From Bacteroidota bacterium (GTDB taxonomy: Bacteria; Bacteroidota; Ignavibacteria; UBA10030; SZUA-254): a stretch of 64,000 bases of DNA. Where the stretch lies: positions 251-64,250 of the forward strand of contig JAGVIE010000017.1 of NCBI GenBank assembly GCA_020056225.1, read 5' to 3'. Shown piece by piece: positions 38,660-49,061 of the stretch. Both the position numbers and the translations under genes were made by a program. The stretch's first letter is position 1. Each line of letters opens with the position of its first letter. The notes below the pieces were generated by a model. It did no database searches and was not told the origin of the DNA. It saw only the letters and a list, made by a program, of their open reading frames with translations.

Positions 38660-40153
38660 TTACTTAACGAACATCATCTTTTTCATGTCGACAAAATCAC
38701 CGGCGACTATCTTGTAGAAGTACATTCCGGTTGGTAATCTCGATGCATCAAAAGAAACAGTATACATTCCTGCATACTGAGTTTCATTGATCAGCGAGAC
38801 TATTTCCTGTCCGAGCATGTTGTATACCTTCAACGTCACGAACGATTCTTTCGGTATTCCGTATTCAATCAAAGTAGTTGGATTGAACGGATTGGGATAG
38901 TTCTGACGAAGTTGGTATGTAGTTGGTACCGGGGCTTTTTCTTTTACCCCGACCGGATCTTGCAAGGTCGATACGCGCATAACGCCAAATGTATCAACTG
39001 TTGTAGCCGATGACAAATACTTTGTCATTTGCAGTGTATGGTTATTTCCAAAGCCGGCTTCATTATCATTTCCGCCGCCGTTATTGATCGCATCACCCCA
39101 GTTGATGCAATATTTGTAAAGAACATTCAGCGGAGTATAAGCGGCGAACGTGATGATACTAGAGAATATCTTGTCGCCCGATGTTACATCACCATGCGTA
39201 GCATCGTCATAGAGTTGGATGACTCTCGTACTATCGGCATTGGGCCATCCTCCGTTGGGCCACTGCAACGGTAACGCACTTCCTGCGACATGAACGGTGT
39301 TGACGACAGGGAATGGACTTCCGCTTATGGCAGACTGAGCGCCATCGGTGTAAACCGTAAGCTTGATGTTGCATGGTTGATTGATAACGTTATCCAATGA
39401 TCCGTCGTTAAAGGAAGCGCTGAATGATGCGGCAAGATTTGTTATATCATCGGCAGTAAAAGTATAAATTCTGTTAGATACACTTTCCCAGTTATTCTCT
39501 TCGTACCAGAACTTGAATTCTATCTTCTCACCCAATCCGCGTCTGATTACAGTCGTACCTTCGTATACATCGGGATTTAGCGGATTCGATGTCAGTATTG
39601 TCGTCTTCGATGACCAGCCATTGAAATCTCCATTCACAGATACCGTGTCTGTCGATGGATCGAACCGTCCCGACAACCTTTCCAATTCCATGTTGCAAGA
39701 GAATGTTACATCAATATCATATTGCTGTACGAAAATGCTGTCGTTGTTGAACCAGGCGTAATATGAACTCAACCCTTCAGGCAGTACGTACTGTCGGTTC
39801 GATACACCTTCCCATGTCCCCGCTCCGCCATGCTTGAAGTTGTATTTGAATTCGATTGTTGAACCAACGGTGCCGGGTGTTAACGTAATGGTATATATCG
39901 AATCATTATTCGGATCAGTCATAATATCAGTCGGACCCCAACTATTGAATCCTCCGCTCACCATGAGTGTGTCTAACGATGGATCGAATAATCCCTTCTT
40001 AATCTGTACACCCATATTGCATTGGAATTCCACGGTAGCCATGGTATCTTGAGTAAGGCTTACCTGAAATAAGTCCCCAACCTGAACTACCGGACTCGCG
40101 TATCCGACAGTCACGAGAAGCAATATGAGGAAAAATGTGTATTGAAGTTTCAT
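38660..40153 (-). CDS. Secreted protein with two tandem starch-binding-like (CBM20/25/26-type) modules and type-A T9SS CTD (497 aa)
   Basis: Two repeats match the three repeats in the 1041-aa protein (FQCNMGVQIKKGLFDPSLDTLMVSGGFNSWG...; FSCNMELERLSGRFDPSTDTVSVNGDFNGWS...). C-terminus reads NYPNPFNPTTLIEY...GMYFYKIVA...KMMFVK. Confidence 0.65.
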   Translation of the reverse strand: MKLQYTFFLILLLVTVGYASPVVQVGDLFQVSLTQDTMATVEFQCNMGVQIKKGLFDPSLDTLMVSGGFNSWGPTDIMTDPNNDSIYTITLTPGTVGSTIEFKYNFKHGGAGTWEGVSNRQYVLPEGLSSYYAWFNNDSIFVQQYDIDVTFSCNMELERLSGRFDPSTDTVSVNGDFNGWSSKTTILTSNPLNPDVYEGTTVIRRGLGEKIEFKFWYEENNWESVSNRIYTFTADDITNLAASFSASFNDGSLDNVINQPCNIKLTVYTDGAQSAISGSPFPVVNTVHVAGSALPLQWPNGGWPNADSTRVIQLYDDATHGDVTSGDKIFSSIITFAAYTPLNVLYKYCINWGDAINNGGGNDNEAGFGNNHTLQMTKYLSSATTVDTFGVMRVSTLQDPVGVKEKAPVPTTYQLRQNYPNPFNPTTLIEYGIPKESFVTLKVYNMLGQEIVSLINETQYAGMYTVSFDASRLPTGMYFYKIVAGDFVDMKKMMFVK

Positions 40154-40198
40154 AATATATCCCCTTAAATTATTTAATAACGGTTAATTAATTATTGA

Positions 40199-41200
40199 TT
40201 AAAATTTAACTCCTATACCAAAATGTTGCGTGTAACTTAAATTGCCAAATTCTTGATAGGCATAGTCGAGACTTGTGGAAATACCGTGCGATACTTCATA
40301 CTTCAAACCGAATCCGAGGCATAATCCTTCTTCGGAATTATCAGTGAACGCCGATTTATATCCTGCTCGCAAGAACAGATTTTCATTAAATGAATATTCG
40401 CCTCCTACATTAAGGGCTTCTGAATTATCGTTCGGGTGTATCGCATCGATCCCCAATGTAATTCTATGGCGGTCAGTAATTGAAATATCTTTTGCGAGAC
40501 CTACTCTGAATAATAACGGCAAGGGGTAAGAATCGGTTTTCAATTTGGCAAGAATCTGGTTATTATTCCCGTGAATATCCGTATTGACGTCATATAGAAC
40601 ATAAAGGTCTTTGCCATCGAGCTGCATATCGGTACCGAAGTTCGATATTGTGGCTCCTATGCGCAAACCATAGAAATCTGAAATAAACAACGTTCCGATA
40701 TCAACCGCAAATGCGTCTGCGGTTGTATGCCATATTCTTTGATTTATATATTTCACACTCATACCAAGTGAAAAACGGTCAGTAAGATTATACGAATAAG
40801 TTAGGGCAAGTGCAATATCTTTTGCTGTGAAATATTCCCCTGTTCCGTCTTGTTCTTCAAGGGTTGTTACTTCCATTTCACCATAATCGAGGTAAGTAAC
40901 GCTGAGTCCCGCGGCGCCGTATGAACCGAGATTAATGATTGCGCCAGCCCAGTTTAATGTGATATCGGCAAACCAGCTTGTATGCGCAAAAGAAACACCG
41001 TTCGATTCTAGTCTTGAGGCGCCTGCAGGGTTCCAATACAACGCACTGACATCGTTCGCAGTTGAAATAAACGCTCCACCCATTGAAACCGCTTTTGGTC
41101 CTAGACCGATATTTAGAAAAGGCGCGGCAGTAGAGCCTACTTTGGTCTGACTGTATAATGTTGAAAAAGAAAGTATGAACAATATTATAAATTTCTTCAT
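40199..41200 (-). CDS. FadL/PorV-PorQ family outer-membrane beta-barrel protein
   Basis: Signal peptide, then LGPKAVSMGGAFISTANDVSALYWNPAGASRL (FadL-type N-terminal signature). C-terminal Phe. Lies 12 bp downstream of the 1204-aa gene. Confidence 0.6.
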   Translation of the reverse strand: MKKFIILFILSFSTLYSQTKVGSTAAPFLNIGLGPKAVSMGGAFISTANDVSALYWNPAGASRLESNGVSFAHTSWFADITLNWAGAIINLGSYGAAGLSVTYLDYGEMEVTTLEEQDGTGEYFTAKDIALALTYSYNLTDRFSLGMSVKYINQRIWHTTADAFAVDIGTLFISDFYGLRIGATISNFGTDMQLDGKDLYVLYDVNTDIHGNNNQILAKLKTDSYPLPLLFRVGLAKDISITDRHRITLGIDAIHPNDNSEALNVGGEYSFNENLFLRAGYKSAFTDNSEEGLCLGFGLKYEVSHGISTSLDYAYQEFGNLSYTQHFGIGVKF

Positions 41201-41212
41201 AATTAACTTTGC

Positions 41213-44200
41213 CTACTTGATGAGTGCAAATTTACCGGTCTTATTTCCAATTTGTGGAGCATCGAGCACATAAATATAAATCCCGAATGCAGCATCTAGA
41301 TTTTCCTCTGTTCTGAGGTTCCACACAACATCACCCACATAGATATCATCGTGATGCAGAGTTTTTACTAATTCTCCGCGGACAGTATAAATCGATATCT
41401 TTGACCCGGGAGGGATATACGTAAATCTGATGCTTCGTTCACCACGCCCGCTTGTTTGTGTGCTTAACAGTTTCGGTTCAGCTTGATGAGTAACGACATA
41501 CGGATTAGGTACAACTTTAATTTTATCAAGTTCCGATTTCGCTTGTCCGATGTTTATATATGCTCCGTGTGTCGTAAATTCCATTGTATCTGTGCGGCTG
41601 AATGGTTTTAAAGTCGCAATACGCAATATGCCTGCTTGCTCAAGCGGCGCATTTGCAGTGTTGTAGTAGATATTGACTCTCCATGTTCTTGTTAATATAC
41701 CCTCTATCATCTCCTTGAAATAAATACTATGCGTTGTACCTACAGTGCCGGTTTTAAAGTATACAAAACGGATATATTCGTTTGTAGATAAATTTTTAAT
41801 TTTAAAATTAACCGGTTTACTTGTTATTGTATTCGTCGGCGTTCGCGGATAGAGTGTATCAGCAATTGACCATGGAATTCCAGTCGTATCACCATAAAAT
41901 TCTAATTGATAATCATAAGGCATCTTGATGCCGTTGTAAGTTGCACCTATACCTGAACTTGCCCAAAAGAAAGGCGTAAATACATACGTCGGTGGTGTCG
42001 GCGAGGCTATTCCCTGAAAATATGAATTGAGAGTATCCCTAAGAATTGTATTATCGTTCAACATCTGCACTCTGAAGCCATGCTGAATCGGAGTATTGCC
42101 GTAGAATGTAGTATAATATTGGACCAGTGTGTCATAAGTTCCGGTATATATGTTCGTGTCACTTGTAAATGATTTACCGTTAAGTATGATCTCAACACCT
42201 TTGGGTATCGAAACAGTTTCCTCCGGGTCGACAATTATAGTTTCATTCGTAGTCGAGATGAACAGTGTATCAGGTGTTGTCTTATCTATCATTGACCAAT
42301 CTTTAGTATACCCTTGTATGGCGCTGTCGGAAAATACGATCTGATACTTGTTATTATCTCTTACCATTTTGTCATCAATAACTTCAACCCATGTCTCACC
42401 GGTTCCCCTGAACGGTTCTATCTTTGCTACATCCGAGGGTTTAGCATTCGTATACCCTATCGGTCTCTTACCCGGCGTGATATAAGCTGTATTGTCATCG
42501 GTTATGATCTGCCCGGTATTGGTTATGAAAACATATTTAGAATTTTCAGAGGGAAATATATTCAATGATTCAGCACCTGCATCGTATGAACATACAGCAT
42601 AATAATATCGTTGACCTGGGATAACTGTTGTATCAACAAATTTGGTTACAATCCCGCTATCATTTCCTAAGTAGAATGTAGTTCCTCCTACCTTTTCCAA
42701 CAAATCTCCGGAAGGATGGAAAAATCCCTTGACATTATTTGTTAGATCGAATTGCGCTATCGGTTTATCGAATGCAAGAACACCCAATGCGTCTGTTATT
42801 TCACGCGAATCCTGGAAACCTGCGTCTGTAGCACGGTATATTTTGTAACCTTCAAAATCTTTTTTCTTCGTGATAAAATCACGGGAATTTTCAGTCAGCG
42901 CGCCATTCCAATAAATAACTACATTTCCGTTATCTTCGGTGATATTTATTTTTGGCTTTCTTGGTGGTTGAGGAAATTTATACCCTGCATTATAAATTTG
43001 CTGGACAATCTTTTTATTTCGAACGACGTCTTCATATGTTTCTCCGAATAAAAGCGCGACCGAGAACCTCTCTATTTGTTCAGGTCTCATTGGAAAATAT
43101 CCCGATGAATAAATGAAGTCGCCGTCCTGCGGCTGTGACGGTACGATATCAAACCTGCCGGGTGTCATTCGTGACCACAAGAGCGCGTCGTCACTCATGT
43201 CAGGAGAAGCGCTGATATTGAAAAAATTAAAACTCGTCAGACCTATCTGATCAGATTCGTCAGGATCGGTTTTACCGAAATTGGGTTCACCCTGATCGGG
43301 CATTCCGTTTCCTTCTGTTCCGTCAATATCGGGAGAGATATAACCGTCATCATTTGAACCGATTCCGTCGGAACCGACATCATCATATGTCGCATCCCAA
43401 TCACCATCCTCATCGCCTGACCAGTGCATCAAGTATAATACTGTACCTTCTGGTTTTTTTACCCAGCTCGATATCATCGTTCCGGCTTCATTATCTCTCT
43501 TCTCATCAATCAAAGGATCGCTCACGCCGGCGCCAGTCACATAATTTTTATATTTGAGTATCGGAAAACCTCTTCGTTGTCTCGTTTCATAATGAACTGC
43601 CTGGTTTTCATCAATTAATCCATCAAGGTCATTATCTATACCGTCATATGCTGAAGCATGAGGCACTGATACTCCATTAACAATCTGCGCAATATGTCCT
43701 TCTCGAAATTTAGTGACCCCAGCAACGATGATGAATCGAACGCCCAATGAATACACCGTATCGATAGGTCCATGTGTAGTATATATAGATCTATCGTATG
43801 TTACCGGATCTATCAAAACAATTTTTTTACCAACTGGATAAGAAACTGAATCAAAATCGGCTGAAGTAAAAACGGGAGAATTTGGATCGGGTGAGTCTCC
43901 ATCATTATCGATTCCATCATAAGGATTTCCCGGAGATTCAAGAAATGCATAAGCAACATATCCAACCTTCTGACCTTTATTACCTTTGTTGTCGTTATCC
44001 CAGGAATAAGTTATGTTATCGTTTATATCGAAAGTTCCAAGATCATCCCCGCTATCTCCGTCACCGCCTGCCAGTGTTCCGACAACTGTTCCAAAAACAG
44101 ATTTCCTATAAGTCTTTTTTCCTTCGTTCTTGATATCATATAACCAGAAGATGGCATCTTCAGCAAGGAAGCTCGACCACTGTAAGCCTCGTGCAGTCAG

Positions 44201-44827
44201 CGTTAATCCCATTCCGTGACGAGTGCTGTCAGTGCTATCCGGTTTGAAATATCCGTTGAACTCATCGTCCCATTGATCATCGGAAATGAAATAACTTTCT
44301 TGATCTGCGTTAACGATCCCTCTTCCAAAATAACCATTCCATTGTGTATAGCCCTCCTGATCAATCCAATTAGGATGATCAGCCCAGCCATTAAGGGGCC
44401 AGGATGAAGGTAAATGACTCATCGCAATCGAAGAGTAACTCGGATTACGATATCCGGGGCGCGGATTCCAGCCCCAAAAATATCCTGCAGAAGGATGATG
44501 CTCGTTCGCTTGTCCGTTTCTTGGACCGCGAGATATACAAACTGAGTGCCCGGTATCATTCCGGGAATTTATGAATTCAACACCGATCATCGGGATCAAA
44601 TCACCGATATAATTAAAGCCGGAACCAAGGGGCCATTCACCGCGAATATCTGTGCCGGTGTTGAATCCTGCTACCTGACCGTCGTCATAAAATGAAATAC
44701 CAACTCTATTTCCGGTATGGAAACCGATTGTTCGTGGATAGCGTATTGGATCGGATCGTTGTCCCCATGTATCTGTAACGGCAATGAGGAATCCAAGAGC
44801 GAAGAAAATAATTGTAAACCTTTTCAT
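41213..44827 (-). CDS. Large secreted Ca-binding-repeat protein (1204 aa) with a divergent CTD
   Basis: Signal peptide and thrombospondin-type-3-like acidic repeats (GIDNDGDSPDPN; DGIDNDLDGLIDEN; DDGYISPDIDGTEGNGMPDQGE). The C-terminal ~100 aa (VVPNPY...IYTVRGELV...GIYIYVLDA...GKFALIK) matches the C-terminus of the 715-aa protein. Confidence 0.6.
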   Translation of the reverse strand: MKRFTIIFFALGFLIAVTDTWGQRSDPIRYPRTIGFHTGNRVGISFYDDGQVAGFNTGTDIRGEWPLGSGFNYIGDLIPMIGVEFINSRNDTGHSVCISRGPRNGQANEHHPSAGYFWGWNPRPGYRNPSYSSIAMSHLPSSWPLNGWADHPNWIDQEGYTQWNGYFGRGIVNADQESYFISDDQWDDEFNGYFKPDSTDSTRHGMGLTLTARGLQWSSFLAEDAIFWLYDIKNEGKKTYRKSVFGTVVGTLAGGDGDSGDDLGTFDINDNITYSWDNDNKGNKGQKVGYVAYAFLESPGNPYDGIDNDGDSPDPNSPVFTSADFDSVSYPVGKKIVLIDPVTYDRSIYTTHGPIDTVYSLGVRFIIVAGVTKFREGHIAQIVNGVSVPHASAYDGIDNDLDGLIDENQAVHYETRQRRGFPILKYKNYVTGAGVSDPLIDEKRDNEAGTMISSWVKKPEGTVLYLMHWSGDEDGDWDATYDDVGSDGIGSNDDGYISPDIDGTEGNGMPDQGEPNFGKTDPDESDQIGLTSFNFFNISASPDMSDDALLWSRMTPGRFDIVPSQPQDGDFIYSSGYFPMRPEQIERFSVALLFGETYEDVVRNKKIVQQIYNAGYKFPQPPRKPKINITEDNGNVVIYWNGALTENSRDFITKKKDFEGYKIYRATDAGFQDSREITDALGVLAFDKPIAQFDLTNNVKGFFHPSGDLLEKVGGTTFYLGNDSGIVTKFVDTTVIPGQRYYYAVCSYDAGAESLNIFPSENSKYVFITNTGQIITDDNTAYITPGKRPIGYTNAKPSDVAKIEPFRGTGETWVEVIDDKMVRDNNKYQIVFSDSAIQGYTKDWSMIDKTTPDTLFISTTNETIIVDPEETVSIPKGVEIILNGKSFTSDTNIYTGTYDTLVQYYTTFYGNTPIQHGFRVQMLNDNTILRDTLNSYFQGIASPTPPTYVFTPFFWASSGIGATYNGIKMPYDYQLEFYGDTTGIPWSIADTLYPRTPTNTITSKPVNFKIKNLSTNEYIRFVYFKTGTVGTTHSIYFKEMIEGILTRTWRVNIYYNTANAPLEQAGILRIATLKPFSRTDTMEFTTHGAYINIGQAKSELDKIKVVPNPYVVTHQAEPKLLSTQTSGRGERSIRFTYIPPGSKISIYTVRGELVKTLHHDDIYVGDVVWNLRTEENLDAAFGIYIYVLDAPQIGNKTGKFALIK

Positions 44828-44844
44828 TTCAATTTTACCGATAA

Positions 44845-47595
44845 TTAAAAACTAATTGATGTACCTAATTCAATCCTTCTCGGTTCGGAAAAGAAGCCGG
44901 GATTGATATATAGATCATCGAGCGTATTGTAATATAATTTTGGATTGATTTTTTCTGCATCCAATTTATCGAATGTAAATTTCGAGTCGCCGGAATTCGC
45001 ATAAACAGTTCTTGGATTCTCAAGATCAAGTAGATTAAATACTCTTAAGAACAATGAAAGAGTTACGTTTCCGATAGTAATATTTTTATTTGCTTTTAAA
45101 TCGATGTTAAAAATTGACGGACGGAAAGCGCTGTTTCTCGGATATGAATTTTGCTTCACAGCGCTATTCTTGTTGACAGCCGGTGTATATGGTTGACCCG
45201 AATAATAATTGGCTATCATGGAACAGCCATAATCTTTCGACTTCGTGTACGCGAGTACAAGATTGATGGAGTGCCTCTGGTCCCAGTCAAGTGGCGCTAT
45301 GTATGTTTCGGGCGTCGCTCCTCCGAGTACAGCGTTACGTGCATCAGTAGGATTGGAAGCGTTTCCTTGAGTTATAGAGAATGTATAATCAATGCTTGCC
45401 GCCAAACCGCCGGAAAAACGTTTATCTAACTTAAGAACAATTCCTTTCGAGGAACCGAAATCGGAATTTGAATATTGACTGTAACTCTTAGATTTTGTAA
45501 AAACAAGTATATCCTGCGTCTGTGTTCCTGTTAGGTCTCTGAAATCTTCAAAGAACATAGTCACATCGGCTCCAATATCATCGCTGATCTGTTGCTTTAA
45601 ACCGATTTCACCTTTAACAGTTTTCTGAGGTTGTAAGTCTGCGTTACCTACAAGACCTTGATTGCCGGAGCCGTCTCCCAACTTGAAGTTTGGATTCGTG
45701 TACAATAATTCGTAACTCGGCAATTGGAAAAAATGTCCATACGAAAAATGAATAACGCCTGTGGTACTGATCGGGAATGCCAACCCTACCCTTGGACTTA
45801 ACTTACTTTTTATTGATGCTTTTTTATACCAATATGTTTGCCTCACCTCAAGTGTATCCTGATGAAGTGGATTTAAAGGAGTGCGAATGTCAGGATCACT
45901 CGGATCGCGGAGAATTCTACCGTCCGGATTGAATATATCATACCTCAAACCAAAATTGAATATGATATAATCCGATTCAAATTTCGATTGCCAGTAAACA
46001 GACGCCTCGTATGGTTTCCTCAGATATATGTCGTTATCTTGTGATGATAAAGGTGGAATTTCAACGTCATATGGACTTGTTTTTCCCCCCTGGGCATCCA
46101 GTTTCGGAATCAAATTAATATTATGATAAAAAACCCGGTGCTGTTTGAATTCACCGCCGCTTTGAAATGATAATCTTTCAGAAAGCTGCGACGTCCAATC
46201 TAATTTAGCCGCATAGGTTCCTGTACTCCTGGAGAATATATTCGTATTTGTTCCACCTATTGCAAAACTATACGGTGGGTTTTGTGCGAGCGAGTTATCT
46301 ACATAAAATGACGGCTGTGTCGGATCACCGGTATAAATATTCTCTAATAGATAATGATGATACTCTTTAAATAGGTATGAAAAACTCAGATTATAAAAAC
46401 TGTAAGATGAAACGGCATGATTGATACTTAAAATGTTAGAATGTGTTCTTCGAAATCGATGAAGATTATTATCGGGAGTTAACCGCTGACTATGATCATA
46501 ATCCTGATATTTTTGATCGTCTAAGATGTAATTATAAGCGATCTTCAGGTTAGATAATAATCGATAGCTCAGTTTACCTTGTGCAAACATCCTTTCGTTT
46601 GAATTCATAGGAACAAATCCGCTGTCGCCGTTCTGAGTGATTATATAATTTGCTCCTCCTGAACTTGTTTCCTGCCTCGATAAATCAGAAGTTAAAAATA
46701 CACGCCGCCCATATAGATGACCTGTGTTGTAAAAATATCTACCGTTCGCGAAGAACGACAATTTATCCTGAATGATAGGTCCGCTTAAACTTCCTTCAAA
46801 ACTTCTAATTGAGAATGGCTTTACTTTTGAAAGGTTCCAGTAAATATTATCTTTGTTGGCAATATAACTTCCTGAATATGTTGTAAAGTTTCCCGATAGC
46901 GCATTACCTCCGTCTCGCGTAACAATGTTGACAAGACCCGACATAGCCTGCCCATATTCAGCATTGAACGCGCCGCTTACAACTTGCAATTCCTGAATAA
47001 CATTTGCTCCAACATCCACAGTGTTGCTGTTGTCATAAGCATCGGTAACGGAAACTCCATCAATCTGATATGCTATCTGCCCCGCTCGCCCGCCTCTCAG
47101 GTGTAATTGACCATCTGATGATACTGCGATTCCGGCTTGCAATCTTATCAGATCGCGAACTTCAGTCACTGCAAGCTCCGAAATTAATTCTTTACCAACA
47201 ATAGCAGTCGATGCCGTTAGGTCCCGCTGAATCACAGGCCTCTCAGCGGTAATCACAACCTCCTTTTGTTCCACCATTGTTTCTGTTAATACAAAGTCCT
47301 GTCGGGTAGTTAAATCTATTGATACTTTTACTCCGTCTACAATGATTGGATTGTATCCGAGTAAAGATGCTCTTATTGTGTAGTTACCCGGTGATAGATT
47401 CAGGATTGAATATTCACCATCAAGATTTGTTGCCGCTCCTAATGTCGTACCGGGAATGGTAATGTTAACTCCGACTAATGGCTCCTTAGTTATAACATCA
47501 ATAACTTTGCCAGCTATTTTACCGGTATTACCTGCGTAGATAGTTGTTAGAAAGAAAAGAGAAAGAAGAAAGAAAATTAATATCCGTTTATTCAT
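44845..47595 (-). CDS. TonB-dependent outer-membrane receptor with N-terminal CarboxypepD_reg domain (SusC/RagA-like architecture)
   Basis: Signal peptide, then GKIAGKVIDVITKEPLVGVNITIPGT...GEYSI, a plug and a 916-aa barrel. C-terminus ...GTSISF. Confidence 0.85.
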   Translation of the reverse strand: MNKRILIFFLLSLFFLTTIYAGNTGKIAGKVIDVITKEPLVGVNITIPGTTLGAATNLDGEYSILNLSPGNYTIRASLLGYNPIIVDGVKVSIDLTTRQDFVLTETMVEQKEVVITAERPVIQRDLTASTAIVGKELISELAVTEVRDLIRLQAGIAVSSDGQLHLRGGRAGQIAYQIDGVSVTDAYDNSNTVDVGANVIQELQVVSGAFNAEYGQAMSGLVNIVTRDGGNALSGNFTTYSGSYIANKDNIYWNLSKVKPFSIRSFEGSLSGPIIQDKLSFFANGRYFYNTGHLYGRRVFLTSDLSRQETSSGGANYIITQNGDSGFVPMNSNERMFAQGKLSYRLLSNLKIAYNYILDDQKYQDYDHSQRLTPDNNLHRFRRTHSNILSINHAVSSYSFYNLSFSYLFKEYHHYLLENIYTGDPTQPSFYVDNSLAQNPPYSFAIGGTNTNIFSRSTGTYAAKLDWTSQLSERLSFQSGGEFKQHRVFYHNINLIPKLDAQGGKTSPYDVEIPPLSSQDNDIYLRKPYEASVYWQSKFESDYIIFNFGLRYDIFNPDGRILRDPSDPDIRTPLNPLHQDTLEVRQTYWYKKASIKSKLSPRVGLAFPISTTGVIHFSYGHFFQLPSYELLYTNPNFKLGDGSGNQGLVGNADLQPQKTVKGEIGLKQQISDDIGADVTMFFEDFRDLTGTQTQDILVFTKSKSYSQYSNSDFGSSKGIVLKLDKRFSGGLAASIDYTFSITQGNASNPTDARNAVLGGATPETYIAPLDWDQRHSINLVLAYTKSKDYGCSMIANYYSGQPYTPAVNKNSAVKQNSYPRNSAFRPSIFNIDLKANKNITIGNVTLSLFLRVFNLLDLENPRTVYANSGDSKFTFDKLDAEKINPKLYYNTLDDLYINPGFFSEPRRIELGTSISF

Positions 47596-47933
47596 ACCTC
47601 ACACACCTGATATTATTGTGAGAATAAGTCTTTACACCCATAAGTGCCTTCCGGAAATAGTCTTTGGATTTTGAATATTATTCAATTGCAATCGCTCTAT
47701 TTATTAAAAACTCCGATAAATGAAAATATCGCTAATACGATACGGGTTTTAATGATGAATATTAGCCATTTTTTTTAGAAAAGTCAAGAAATTAACATTT
47801 ACTATTTCTATTTATTCTTTATCCAGAATGCTCTTCAGAAGTAACCGAATTTCAAGCATAACTTGAGTTTAGTAATTTGAGTGATTATATTTAGCACACA
47901 ATCTTCAATTACAATTTGGAATAGTGAAAAACA

Positions 47934-49031
47934 ATGGGCAGTGTCCGATTAGAACATGTATTCAAAAAATACGATAGCAATATCGTTGTTAATGATGTGA
48001 ACCTGAATATCAATGATAAGGAGTTCGTGGTACTCGTCGGTCCTTCGGGCTGTGGAAAATCTACGACTCTCCGTATGATTGCAGGACTGGAAGATATTTC
48101 ACAAGGAACGATCTTCATCGATGATTCAGCGGTTAACGATGTACCTCCGAAGGATAGAGATATCGCAATGGTATTTCAAAATTATGCTCTATACCCGCAT
48201 ATGTCTGTCTATGAGAATCTTGCCTTCGGACTGAAGATGAGGAAATATTCGAAAGATGAAATTCAGGAACGCGTTCAGCAGGCATCTGTAATATTAGGGA
48301 TAAAGGAAATGCTTGAGCGAAAACCTAAAGCATTATCCGGGGGACAGCGGCAGCGTGTGGCATTAGGCAGAGCTATTGTCCGCAAGCCGAAAGTTTTCTT
48401 ATTCGATGAACCGTTAAGCAATCTCGACGCAAACCTTCGAGTTCAGATGAGGACGGAAATATCGCGCCTTCATAAACAAATCGAAACTACAATGATATAT
48501 GTTACTCATGATCAGATCGAAGCTATGTCGATGGGTGATCGCATTGTTGTTATGCACAAAGGTATCGTTCAGCAGGTCGATACTCCTCTGACAATCTACA
48601 ATAATCCCGTGAACAAGTTTGTGGCAGGTTTTATCGGCAGTCCAACGATGAATTTCTTCGATGGCAAATTACTTCTGCAAGACAGTTTGGCGTTTGAGGC
48701 ATCCACGAAATATTTTTCGCTTCCTATTCGATCTGAAATTGTCCAGCGCTTTATGCCAATAGTAAATTCTGAAGTCTCTCTTGGAATCAGACCCGAGCAT
48801 ATAAGCGCTAAACCTCAAAATTCACACTCACAAATAGTTAATGTTAATGTCGTTGTAACAGAACCGGTAGGGAATGAAATCTTTATTTATTTCACGATAG
48901 GCCAAGCCGTCGAGCAATATGTCTGCCGCATCCCCTCAGACATGCAACCGCAGACGGGTAGAGCATTCGATTTATATTTTGATGTATCAAAGCTGCATTT
49001 CTTTGATAAGACAACCGGTGCTGCATTGTAA
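47934..49031 (+). CDS. Sugar ABC transporter ATP-binding protein (MalK/MsmK/UgpC family)
   Basis: Walker A GPSGCGKST, signature LSGGQRQRVALGRA, Walker B LFDEPLSNLD, and a C-terminal TOBE/MalK regulatory domain. Length 365 aa. Confidence 0.85.
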   Translation: MGSVRLEHVFKKYDSNIVVNDVNLNINDKEFVVLVGPSGCGKSTTLRMIAGLEDISQGTIFIDDSAVNDVPPKDRDIAMVFQNYALYPHMSVYENLAFGLKMRKYSKDEIQERVQQASVILGIKEMLERKPKALSGGQRQRVALGRAIVRKPKVFLFDEPLSNLDANLRVQMRTEISRLHKQIETTMIYVTHDQIEAMSMGDRIVVMHKGIVQQVDTPLTIYNNPVNKFVAGFIGSPTMNFFDGKLLLQDSLAFEASTKYFSLPIRSEIVQRFMPIVNSEVSLGIRPEHISAKPQNSHSQIVNVNVVVTEPVGNEIFIYFTIGQAVEQYVCRIPSDMQPQTGRAFDLYFDVSKLHFFDKTTGAAL

Positions 49032-49061
49032 TTCTCGATAATAACATAATCAGGGATATCT

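Noticed and set aside
40199-41200. Calling the two FadL-like barrels definitively PorV or PorQ.
   Set aside because: The N-terminal signature fits the whole FadL/Toluene_X superfamily. Without HMM scores, the T9SS-component subfamilies and the hydrophobic-substrate channels cannot be told apart, so only a family-level call is made.
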